From NCBI GenBank assembly GCA_965153455.1, contig OZ234493.1:24604213-24668212 (forward strand): a stretch of 64,000 nt of DNA, given 5' to 3'. Each line of letters starts with the position of its first letter. The stretch's first letter is position 1. A program made the translations under genes and the position numbers. Source of the DNA: Sphagnum compactum. Its lineage: Eukaryota. Below, one piece after another: positions 11,322 to 22,928 of the stretch. The notes under the pieces were generated by a model. It saw only the letters and a list, made by a program, of their open reading frames with translations, was not told where the DNA came from and searched no databases.

Positions 11322-13938
11322 TTAAATAGTTATTAAGTAGTACCTAAATAATCCCTAGATATCTCTTAACAAAAAAATCTTTAGCTAACTTTTTTAATAA
11401 GCTTTGTGTAATCCCCTTAGTAAGTCTTGCTTAGGCATCTCGTAACAGACCTAGGCCCCCAGGTATACACCTAAATGCAAGAAAAAACTCAAATTGTTCA
11501 ATTGAGAAAGAAATTTGAGTTTCTTCATTTGGTATTTTCTTTTAGTAGAGTCCCCTCTTGCATTTTGACTGGCCTCCTTAGTTTTAGGAGACATGGAAAC
11601 TTACATTTTTTTTCTTGGGTTTTACTCTCTTTGTACATAACTTTATTATGTGGAAAAGAATGGGATACACCAAGCAAGAAATAACTTAAATGATACACAA
11701 ACTGAAATCACAACTTTGGACCAAAAAAATAAATCCAATTACCATATGCAAACCATAAAAAAAAATCATAGAACCAACAAATCAACCTTCACCAATTGCT
11801 CCATTAAAAAAAAAAGGCTGAACTTGTTATCATAGATGTGGCTCTACTCTTTGTATTTCAATGGAAGAGATCTACATCTCTGTGGGAATTAACTTTTATC
11901 CTATTTCATAGAATTTGAATTAGCAAAAATATATAAGTAAGTTGTAACGAATTGAACTATTTGTGAAGTGTGAGTTTACTTGCCTCACACTCTTTGAAAC
12001 ACTTGCCAAAAAAAAAATTTAAATAAAAATAAAACTCAAACGTACACAAGGGAGGTTAGATATATTTCAGGGGTATCTTAAAGATGATATTTTCCCATAG
12101 GATAAAATATGGGGTTTAATAAAAATTATCAAGCAAGGATGAAATGACATAAAGACCCAACTAGCTTATTTTTGGGGGCAATTTTTGCCCTTCAAAATAC
12201 ATATATACACCTCTTGGATCAAATCTCTTACACACTAGAGCTTTGACACCAAATGACGTGACCCGAAATTGCCATGAGATGAAAAAATATATAGGAACCA
12301 TTGGTTCAAGTTGTTGTGGGCCAAAGTGAACCAACCGTCTTTACCGAGCCCTCTATTGAAAGCCTATCTATCATGAGTCAGTTGCAAATGAACCCAAACT
12401 AAGGTGCTTATGATAATTTGTGAGGAGTCTTGATCATGTCTAGATTCAAATTGCATGAAAATCCTCGCTTCGCTTATTTTGTGCATATGAAAGAGAGGGT
12501 TTAAAATGGTTCCTTACCAAAACTTTATATGTCTTTTATGCATACATGGTTCTTGGTATTGGTACTTATTTCTAAGGAGCTAAGGAATGAGCTTGAAGCT
12601 CAACAAGTTTTCTTTGGGCATGTTTGTTGGGCCCTTCCCCCCACAGGGACTAGCACATTGGATCCAACTTTTGGAAGTTTTACCTTATTAAGATCGGTTT
12701 CACGTTACATGAACCAGTTTCTTTGGTCTTTGTTTAGACTGTTTAAATCGGAATGGATTTTTTGGGTGTTCAGAGTGTGGACACAGCAGGTAGATGTACA
12801 ACATCTTGGCTCCACATCTTATCTATTGGCAGGGGCAGCGTGTTTGTGATGCCTTGTTTTGATTGAGGAGGTACCCTTAACGCCATGCATTTCACGAGTA
12901 TATGAGGTTAATCAAGGAACATGTCTCCGGTGTTCATTGTTGTGGGTTGAATTCCTAAGAAAAATATCGAATTCTAATTCTAATATCATATGTCCCTTGT
13001 TGAAAGCTTTCCAATGTCATGTTATGATCTCTGTTCAGACATCATCTGCTTCTCCATATTATACTAAAAAAACATTAAGAATCATTTTGGCACTTTTTTA
13101 TCCCACCCTTCAAACAATTGTAACTATTGGCAAACACTTTTATTTTGACAATATATAACACTCATTGACAATAATGATATAACAATCATTCAATTTAAAC
13201 ATGTTTGAACCTTTCAAATTCTAGTTATTAATTTTTATTTAAAATCAATTTGTCTACTTAAAAAATCCTAACTTTGTGTTCAAGAACATTTTTTCATGAT
13301 TTTGCTGTTGATTCTAGATCTAACAAAAGATTAGTTCTATGGTTCAATTCTTGTGCCAGTTTCAACAAAAGAGTGTCAACTTGGGTCCGGGTCACAAGAA
13401 TCTAAAGCTTCGGAATTAACATGGGAAAAGACTCTCTGATCAATCACCTACATCGTTGTTGTATGTGCCCACATCTGCAGTGGATGAACAGTACAATACC
13501 CTAGTACCTTCCTTGGCAGCTTCTACACAAATTAAATTATTTGTAGGAATGTTGAAATTTTCTACAATCTTTTTTTCAAAGAACAAATTTTCAGGTGGAA
13601 AAATAAAATATTCATGAATATTCTATTTTAATTTTTTTCCACATGAAATCTTCAAATTCAATGAAGTATTCGACATACATGTATTGAAGCTAACCTTTTC
13701 TTGGTGACAAATTTTCACCAGTTTGCAAAAAGTATTTTCAAAATAAAATATTTTATCATAAATTCCTTGTTTTTAAAAAAAAAAATAGCCAAAAAAATAA
13801 TAATAAAAGGGTTCATAAGATTTTATATTATCATATTTTGAATATTGCCAAATCTGGCTAAATATATTTATGGACTATCACCACTTAAGCAACATCACAA
13901 ACACTATTCCAGATCAGGTTAATTTCACTGTTTTTTTT

Positions 13939-16900
13939 TACTATAATATCCAGTCACAACGAACAACAAACAGTTTTTGGCTCAGTCAAAAAAGACCGGT
14001 CATTTAAGCCATAAACTTGTTAGCACATTAGTCACATTTAGGATGACTGAGATGCTAGTTGATTCCATCGTGGCATGTCTGTTTTGACTAAAGTGTTGTA
14101 TATTGCTAGTTGAAGTGGTATGCTAATAGTCAAATTTTGGTGACTACTTTTTGTCATAGATATACTAACGTGGTGCCAAATGTCAAGTCAGTTGTGATTG
14201 AAAGCTAGATGTAAAATGACATCAAATGTCAAATGTTACGTTTGTATTCGTTCTAAAAGCTTTTTCTTTTGTTGAAGTGTGTGCCAAGTGACATTTTAAT
14301 TTGACTAAATGTAGTCAAATATTGGTTGATGTGGCTGCCAAATGTATTTTCAGTTGTGACTAAATTTAATCAGAAGTCTTTGCTAACTAGGTGATTATGT
14401 GCCAAATGTTTTTTTTATTGTGACTAAAATCAATTAGATTTTGTTGCTAACTATGTGCCAAATGTCATTTAATTTTGAACAAATCTAGTCAAATATTTGT
14501 TGACTGTGCCAAATGTCAATTAGTTATGACTAAATTTAGTTTTTTTTTTTGGCTTACATGGATGTCTATTATGACTAATTGTTTGACTAAATATGTGACT
14601 ATTACATTATGACATGGTTGTCTATTTTAATACATGTGGATTATCTACCATATTTTATTGACCTTACATCAGTTGACACTTATCCTCTTGGCAACAGCTT
14701 AGATCGATTTGATCTAACGATCTGAACATAAGATCAAATTTGACAGACTTTAGTCATGTGTTGCCATGTACACTATGCACATTGTCAAGTGGCAACCTCA
14801 AAATGACTGATTTCAATCATTAATGCATCATTCATAATTTTAGGAAAATTAAGATTACATTTCCAAGGGTTGAGATTCTTTCTCACATATGATCAAATGG
14901 CCTACATCTATTTAGTACATTTTCAAATTTCCCATTACATTTACCATATATTCCATAACAAATTCTGAAAAAAAATGAAAGGCTTGGATTAACTTGCACA
15001 ACCACATCTTCTTGACATTAAGGCAAAAAAAAACTAGCTTAGACTAAAAAAGGCAAAAAACACATGAAATCTCCCTCTCAAATGTGGTTGAAGGTGCATG
15101 AATTTTGTTGAAAAAAATGTAAGAGCGTTCAAGAAATGGAAAGAAGGTGAAGGCATTTACTTCCATTCTAGCCCAAGAAGAAAATCTAGCTTTACTTTAT
15201 TTTCAGATATCGTGTGCCTTCGAAGTTCTTCGTATTCTTCTACTACATCAACGATCTATTGTTCACCATCCATCATCGCCTCCATATCCAAATGTTTTGC
15301 AAAGTCTACATCAAGAGGTAGGCAACAACCCCTATCCCATATCACTTTGCTTTCCCATTTCCCCTCTTCATTACGTATGAAAAGTTGACTTTGATGCCAT
15401 CTTAGCTCAACATTAGTCTTCCATGTTGCTTGTTTTCTCTATCCTCAACATGTCCAACTAACTCACATTGAAGCTCCATTTCTTCCTATATGCTTGACAA
15501 CCTTGAAAAAAACATTACTATGTCATGAGATGCCTCCATCTTCCTAACTAGGTTTCTAATGACTAGTATTAACCCTAATTTGTGCCACATGTGAATTTTG
15601 TCCAACTGTAGATCAAGGACAATGACTAAATTAGACATAAATCAGTCATGCTTATAATCATGTGTCCATTGGCCTTCAATGTAGTTTGTTTTATCCAACT
15701 GCATTATTGTGAAGGTCCCTTCATTAAAGCTTGATTACAACAAGCCATTACTAAAGGAGTTCAAAATTTACTAGCTAGACAAGACATCCTTGATCATAAA
15801 AAATTAAAAGCTCAATAATGTTTGAAACACTAAGTAGGCTTCCATTCACAATTAAACAAGTCTAATGGATGTGTATTTGCATGGTCTTAAGCTTGATGTA
15901 CACTAGTAGTATATCCACATTAGACCCAACCTATTAGATTCTAAAAGATGGGAATCATGAGGATTCCACCATGTATTCACATGATACATTAGGCTGTATT
16001 TTGCAAAGGTTTTTTTTTAATTGAACTCTCAATCTGTTATCCACTTTCAATTTGTTGAAGTTGTAATTTTTTTGTGGATAATCAAAGGTTAGTCCATCTT
16101 TTTGTTCAACATTGTTCTTCTAAAAGTTTTTAGCTTATCTACAGTTTTTTAACATTTGTTTTATTTTGATGCACTCTTCATTCCATGTTAAATTATTCAT
16201 GAAATGGATTGAATTGATAGAACAAGCATATCCATATAATCTTGTTTCAAGGGTTGTCATATTTACACTTCATTTGTATTTATAGTAAAATCTCACTTGA
16301 CTATGATTATTTACAAGTTTCAAGTTGATTAATCTTGCAAAACATCTTGGAACATGCACAAATGCAACCATATTTTGATGCCCAAACTTTGTTTGAGGTT
16401 GAAGAGGCAAAGGCAACTCGACAAGGTTTAGCATGTTATGAATGCCCATGTATGTGTTGCCATGGTGCAAAGCAACAAATCTGCAATGTCATTAAGAAAC
16501 ATTTGAGACTACATGGATGGATTCATATTTCAAATCGCGAATGGTGGTATGCATGGGATTCTATTTTATCCATTTGAATGATGCATGACGTTTGTCATTA
16601 TTTTTGAACACATGAATTTAGAAAAGGATTTAATTTGTTTTCCACTAGATCAATAACATGGAATTGAATTAAAATGGTTGTTATGTGCTTGAGTAAAAAT
16701 TGTAGCTAAAGTTCAGATATTTTTTAAATAGATTTTAGTACAAGTCTATTTGGATTGTTTTTCAATTTGTTAATGATGATTTATCATGTTCACTTGGATT
16801 GTTAGTAATAAGGACCATTAGTAGGAGTTGTGCCAAACCCAACCTTTCCACCAAACCCAATTGTTCTAGTAGATGAAGCAACTAGAAGTTCTGGAGGCAT

Positions 16901-18150
16901 GCCAACACTTGGAATTTACAATAACCCACCTTCATTAAACCCAAAAGTTTAAATTCATAGGATGGTTGTTGAAGCATTTGCCACAACAATGGGTTGCAAC
17001 ATTTAAGTGAGCAACAAATCCCAATTGAAGATCAACCCTTGGAAAATCATCCTAGAAATGAGAATGTTATTCTAGAGAATTTGACACATTTTGAAATATT
17101 AATTGAAACAATGATTGTGAAAGCTTCAACCCATTATACAAAGGTTCTTCTACAAGTATGTTGACAGCCGTGTTGCTATTGTTGAACCTAAGGACAGTGC
17201 ATGCAGTTAGCAATGCATTCATGGATGAACTATTTTCACTACTATGGAAAGGGTTGGTGCCAAAGGATAATAAGATGCCAACAAGCACTTATGAAGCCCT
17301 TAAGCTCATTAAGGCAATTGGACCAAGTTATGATTTTATCCATGTTTATACAAATGAGTGTGTCTTCTTTCAAAACACTTCATTGCATTTGCAAATGTGT
17401 CCCAAATGTGGGACCAATAGGTTTGTGGATGGGTCAGGAATTATTCCAAGGAAGGTCCTTCGACACGTCTTTTTAATTCCTAGGTTGTTACACACATATA
17501 GGTGCAAATCCTTGGCAAAGCTTTTGACCTAGCACAAAGATGGAGCTAGTTCAAACGGTTTCATTCAAAGTGTGGCAAATTCTATGGCTTGGAAGCATAT
17601 CAATGAAAAATGGCCAGAGTTTGCCAATGATGCTCGTAATATATGGTTGAAATTGGCACTTGATGGGGTGAACCCATTTGGTGACCTAAGTTCATGCCAT
17701 TCTACATGGCTAGTGACATTGCTAAATTACAACTTGCTTCCTTGGTTGGTGACTAAGCACTACTTTATAATATTTGCCTTAATCATTCTTGGCAAGAATC
17801 TGTTACATCTGGGAATTTGGATGTGTATTTGTAGTTGTTTATCAAAGAGTTGAAGGTGTTGTGGAAAGGTGTCCAAACCTTTGATGTAACCATTTGGGAG
17901 AAATTCAACTTATGAGCCATGTGCATTTGGAATGTGCATGGTTTTCCAGCCTATGGATTGTTTGTAGGTTGTGTGACAAAAGGGCACATAGGATGCCCAC
18001 CTTTTGGCCCATCCACAAAATTTCATTCTTCAAGAAAATTGAAGAAAATGGCATATTGTGGGCGTCACCATTACTTGCTTTGGAACCACCCTTATAGATG
18101 CAATTAAATTGCATTCAATGGGGAAACAGAAAACAAAGTTCCACCTATGT
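13939..18150 (+). mobile_element. Decayed CACTA (EnSpm) DNA transposon
   Basis: Degenerate left end TACTATAA at 13939, followed by about 800 bp of subterminal motifs TGACTAAA/TTAGTCA and TGCCAAATG. A transposase-associated motif CPCMCC...KKHLRLHG is at about 16440-16520, and Tnp2 fragments follow downstream. The right end was not found. Confidence 0.75.
17158..18150 (+). pseudogene. CACTA Tnp2 (Transposase_21) pseudogene
   Basis: Overlapping ORF fragments read FMDELFSLL..LVPKDNKMP.STYEA, HVYTNECVFF, CPKCGTNRF, PRKVLRH, AWKHINEKWPEFANDARNI..LALDGVNPFGDLSSCHSTW.V.LLNYNLLPW and HGFPAYGLFVGCVTKGHIGCP. These are typical CACTA transposase motifs, broken by stops and frameshifts. Confidence 0.9.
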
Positions 18151-18209
18151 AAGGTGATTTCCTGTCCCTCTGTTTTCGGTTCTATGAGGTGATTATACTT
18201 AAAAGTACA

Positions 18210-19489
18210 TATGTTACAGGTGGAAGAAAAAATGCAAGTGTGTTTCTAGATGTTAAGTTGTGTTTGTAGTTGAAAACAAGTAGCTTGCCTTTTATGCATG
18301 ATTTACGATTTAAAATTGAAAGATATATCTTCCAAGTTCAAACATTCCAAATCCTAGGATTTTGTGTTAAATTGTCACTCATTTAAACTAACTTTTAAGG
18401 ATTCAACACCATGTTCAACTTGACAACAAACCACCAGTCATTTATAATATTACTCCTATTGAATATGTTGTCCAAATCGAAGCTACTCATTAGAAAACTA
18501 ACTATAAGGCATATATGCTTACCAAATTTCAAATTAAACCCCCAACCAATAAGAAGTTATGCTACCAAACCAGAGAGGGTTTCATGAAAGCAGAAAGTTC
18601 AACTTGGCTGCATACCACCAATCACTTAAAATAATACTACTATCGCATATGTTGTCTAAATTGAGCTTGCCTTAGCTCATTAGAGAGTTAGCTACAAGAT
18701 GCCTCTGCCTACCAAATTACAGGCTCTGCACCCAAACTAGTAAAAAGTTGTGGTACCAAACTCGAGAAGGTTTGAGAAATCCCTCTAAAATTTCAAGCTC
18801 CCAACACTATCCTACTCACTTCTATTCTTTCGAAGTACTCCAAACATCCAACCCACTCTTCCTCTTTGCACCATATACTAAGACTCATCCTCCTTCTCCT
18901 CCCCTTCCCAAGAAAAATAACACAAAAAGAAGACCCCCCAAGAACTCCTCTCCCCCAAGCTTTTCATGACCCCTCCTTGAGCTTGTTTTTTTTGTCCAAA
19001 CAATTTGTGGAAATCCTTCCCTCCAATCCATGGCCTCCTCATCCTTCAAGAACCAATGCGAATCGAGAATGATTTGCTCTCCAATGGAGTTTAGGATGAA
19101 CATTTTTGTGCCCAATGAAACACTAAGAGGGTTCCATCCTCTAATCAAATAAGATGATAATCTTCATGACAAACAGAATTAGAGGATTCATCCTTTTCCT
19201 TATCTTGGACATCTTGACGAGGTTTTTGAGCTCGATCCTTATCCATTCTGTTCGTTTGACTTTCACATCCTACTTTTTCATCCTAATTATTTCAAGTAAC
19301 TAACTACGAGGATAATTTATCGGTAGTAATAAATAAACATCCTTGAGTTTTTATTTGACTAAATCAACTCAAGGGTAACAGTGACATTCCCGTATACCAT
19401 TTATTCTTTTAATATCCCCTAATTATTCTTTACCAAGTATTAATTAACTATGTAGTACATAGTAAATTAAAATTAAAATTTCCATCACA
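18210..19489. mobile_element. Possible LTR fragment truncating the CACTA transposase
   Basis: Ends ...TTTCCATCACA at 19489 (TGTGATG on the minus strand). Contains two diverged tandem units of about 183 bp (about 18433-18590 and 18616-18780), as often seen within LTRs. No matching TSD found. Confidence 0.35.
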
Positions 19490-21130
19490 AGAACCCCGTT
19501 GTACTTCTAGATCCACTGTCGGAATTGGGGCCTGGCGAATCCAGTAAAACTAGGATATCCAGGTTTTCATGAGGTTCCACTCTCATTTCTACACATTATG
19601 TTTACCCTAAGTTGTTAAATAAAGGCATCGACCCCCTCTAAATGCAAGTACCAAATTGTTCTGGCTATTCCTTTGGTTTTGTTGACGCATGTGAAGCTCC
19701 AGTCATGGCGGATGATGTTGTTACGCTCTGGGTCACATACTATAACCAGTGATTTTTTTCCTCATTTTTGCGAATTTTAACAAGAAATTAGCAAAATCAG
19801 TCGAATTTACATGAGGAAAAATAAAATTCCAAAGTTTCCCAATTTCTTTGGCCAATAAGTGGCCATTAAGCTGACAAATCTCTTAATCAACCAATAAAGT
19901 GGCTTTAAAACAAACAAACCATTTAACACGCCAAAAAGTGGAATCAACTAACAGTCCTTGGCCCCTCTGGCACACACACCTGGAATCCCTCACCTAGAGC
20001 CATTTGCAATAAGAGGTTTGGGCCAGGGATTTTTTTTCAATTTTGTGATGTAGCTCAAGTTGCGATCATCCGTAAGATGATTTAGCCAGAATTTGGCTAC
20101 AAACTACATATAAAAGTAGAAAAAAAACAGGATCCTTCTATATTCTTGGCTACCTACTGGAAATTATCATAAAAATCTGGCAATCTGGAATTATTTTTTT
20201 GGGTGAAATCTGGCGAATTTGGGTTATTTTTACTATGGAAAATCTTTTGTATAGGTCGAAATCATAATTTTCAGGTCAAAAATTTGATGAAGTTATGCCC
20301 AAAAAAAAAACTCTGGACCTTGGGGATCAGGTGTGGTAGGGGGAGCGAAGGGAGTGGGATTTCTGGAAAGGCCCTTCATTAGGAGTGGAATTTTATGGGA
20401 ACATAGTGGGAACAACAAAATTCCACTTCCCCGCTTCCCTCCAAACACCCTCCCAAAAGGGAAAAAAACTGGCCCCCTTGTTGTCATTGGCTGAGAAGAA
20501 TTTCTATTGTCAACTGCATTCATTACCTATTTTGGCATAGGCTAATGGGCAGGGCATGAATTATGGGAACTTAACCAGTTTCTGGAATGCATTATCCAAC
20601 GTGTCACTTGTTCATTGGTCTAAATGAGGGGCATTACAACACATAATATTCACCCTTCTCTCTTCTCTCTTCTAGTTTGTAGTTTTCACCTACCTAGTTC
20701 AACTTTTACATCCAATTATACCTGGTAACCAACAAGAGGAGTCGAATTTTCAAAACAATCTCGACACATTCACACCTCAACTATATTCGATAATCCAGCT
20801 CCTCTCACCAGCTACCTAATACATAGTGTTAAGTCGTCTTCCACTTTATGATTTATGTAATTTCTGTTATAATTTCCCTACTCTCCTCCCCAAGCGAAGC
20901 TGTGTTACTCAATCTCCAATAAGGAGATTCCATCTTTCTATTGTTTCCTTTAGGGTGGTAGTTAACACTTTTAGCTAAATCTTATGCCGAGGTCGAAGAT
21001 ATGCAGCCTGGGAAAGATTTCAGAGTCCCAAAGACGAAGATTACAAGATATATCTTCAAGTATATAACAAGGTTTTGAACTCTCAAATCCACTTCCATTC
21101 TGGGTGGGTCTTTCACCTGGATTGTCATCT

Positions 21131-21707
21131 CAGCTCTCTTCCCTCGAACTGTGTGATGTTCTCATGGTTGAACCTTTGCTCCATTTAGAACACCTCCAAC
21201 GGTGCACTGGACAGCGAATTTTCGATGAAGAAAAGTCAAAACATATCAGCTCTCTTCCCTCAAACTGCGTGATGCTCTCATGGGTGAACCTTTGCTCCAT
21301 TTAGAGCACCTCCAACGGTGCACTGGACAGCGAATTTTGGATGAAGAAAAGTCAAAACATATCAGCTCTCTTACCTCAAACTGTGTGATGCTCTCATGGT
21401 TGAACCTTTGCTCCACTTAGAGTAACTCCAACGGTGCACTGGACAACCCATTTTGGATGAAGAAAAGTCAAAACATATCAGCTCTCTTCCCTCAAACTCT
21501 GTGATGCTCTCATGGTTGAACCTTTGCTCCACTTAGAGCAACCCCCACGGTGCACTGGACAACACATTTTGGATGAAGAAAAGTCAAGACATATCAGCTC
21601 TCTTCCCTCAAACTGTGTGATGCTCTCATGGTTGAACCTTTGCTCCACTTAGGCAACTCCAACAGTGCATCGGACAGCAAATTTTGGATGAAGAAAAGTC
21701 AAAACAT
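21131..21707. repeat. Tandem array, 5 x 116 bp
   Basis: Units start with CAGCTCTCTT(C/A)CCTC at 21131, 21247, 21363, 21479 and 21595, with high unit-to-unit identity and no spacers. Confidence 0.97.
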
Positions 21708-22180
21708 GTCGTGATAGACAATTTGGACCCATGAGATCATGTGATTGATGATGATGAGCACCACACAAGGATCCTACTCCTAACTGTAAGTACCTTAGGA
21801 GAGAGCTCCAAGCCCTAATCTCTCCCCATGAGATTGCTCGTCTCTTCGGAGTGAGGCCAGATTCCTGTGCTTTTACCAACAAGACTCGATCACCTTCATG
21901 CATCATGAACCTTCCTTCCAGCTTGTGATTCAGCTTCAAGCTTTCCCAAAGTGCACAAGTGATGTGGATCATGGACTGAAAACCTGACGGTATCCAAAGC
22001 AGCTTGTCACACAGTGTTGCTGTGGCTTGTGTGGATCTTCAGAAAGCACAGAGAAGAGAGGTGGAGGGGACTCGGGAGCAGGTGGAGAACACTTGATTAT
22101 GTACAAGTGGGATTCATGCTGGAGGAGAGGTTTTGTGCAGATTGTAGGTTCATCAAGTATGTACAACCCCCTGGTATGAA

Positions 22181-22358
22181 GCTCAAGACAAGAGCCTGAC
22201 AAGCTCCAAGGATTCATTCACACCTGGTAATGACACTCTCAAGCTTGCAATCACACTCTCATGTTGTCTGCTCAAGACAAGAGCCTGACAAGCTCCAAGG
22301 ATTCATTCACACCTGGTAATGACACTCTCAAGCTTGCAATCACACTCTCATGTTGTCT
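22181..22358. repeat. Perfect tandem duplication, 2 x 89 bp
   Basis: GCTCAAGACAAGAGCC...CATGTTGTCT occurs at 22181-22269 and 22270-22358. Confidence 0.95.
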
Positions 22359-22928
22359 GTTGGATTAGCTAGAAATTTCATACAAGCCGTCTGGACATGC
22401 AGAAATCTTTCTCCTTGGAAATCGACATTCGGGTTTAGGGTTCATTAGCTCTTTGGAAGTCTTGAAGAAGATGCTTTAGAACTTTTTTGACATACAAAGG
22501 AGTCTATCTGGAATCATCACGGAGATGTATGCATGCTCCATACACGAAGATTTCATACAATCCATTTTGTTGCAATCGACAGAAAAACACAATATACACG
22601 GAAGAGCTGCACCTTCGTCTATAGCTGTATCAATGATATCATCATCCTCATGGCCTCAGAAGGAAGCCCGGGACTGAATTTCTTTAGGTACTCTCTCTCA
22701 GTCTCTCTTACAGAATTCTATCACTCTGATCACACTTGCATCTATCTAGAAGCATATTCTTCAGCATCGCAGTAGAGAATTTTGAATGAGCTTCAGAATG
22801 TGGAAGATTCAGAAGATGTTAGGACTCCAGCTGCTGCTGCTGCATTTATGACGATGAAGACTACCCACGCGGCCGGCCGGCAGCGAAGACAAAAACCAAG
22901 AAGAAGAACTGCTGCAAGGATGGGCTAC

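Larger units (their letters stand above)
21090..22430 (+). pseudogene. O-fucosyltransferase-like (POFUT2/O-FUT36-type) pseudogene
   Basis: Frameshifted fragments in order: LSPGLSSQLSSLEL, EPLLHLEHLQRCTGQRIFDEEKSKHVVIDNL, LKT*RYPKQLVTQ, and GGG ATT CAT gc TGG AGG AGA GGT TTT GTG CAG (GIH-WRRGFVQ). These parallel plant O-fucosyltransferase segments as I recall them (LSGQMSNHLICLEK, VIDIERINTCLGRNV, ALHFRRHGFLKFC). Confidence 0.45.

Noticed and set aside
21131..21707. Regular repeat array as a possible CRISPR
   Set aside because: The units are contiguous 116-mers with no unique spacers, there are no cas genes, and the context is eukaryotic.
21969..22217. Minus-strand ORF containing GLYILDEPT, like an ABC ATPase Walker B motif
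   Set aside because: No Walker A or signature motif nearby; the plus strand explains the region better as a glycosyltransferase remnant.
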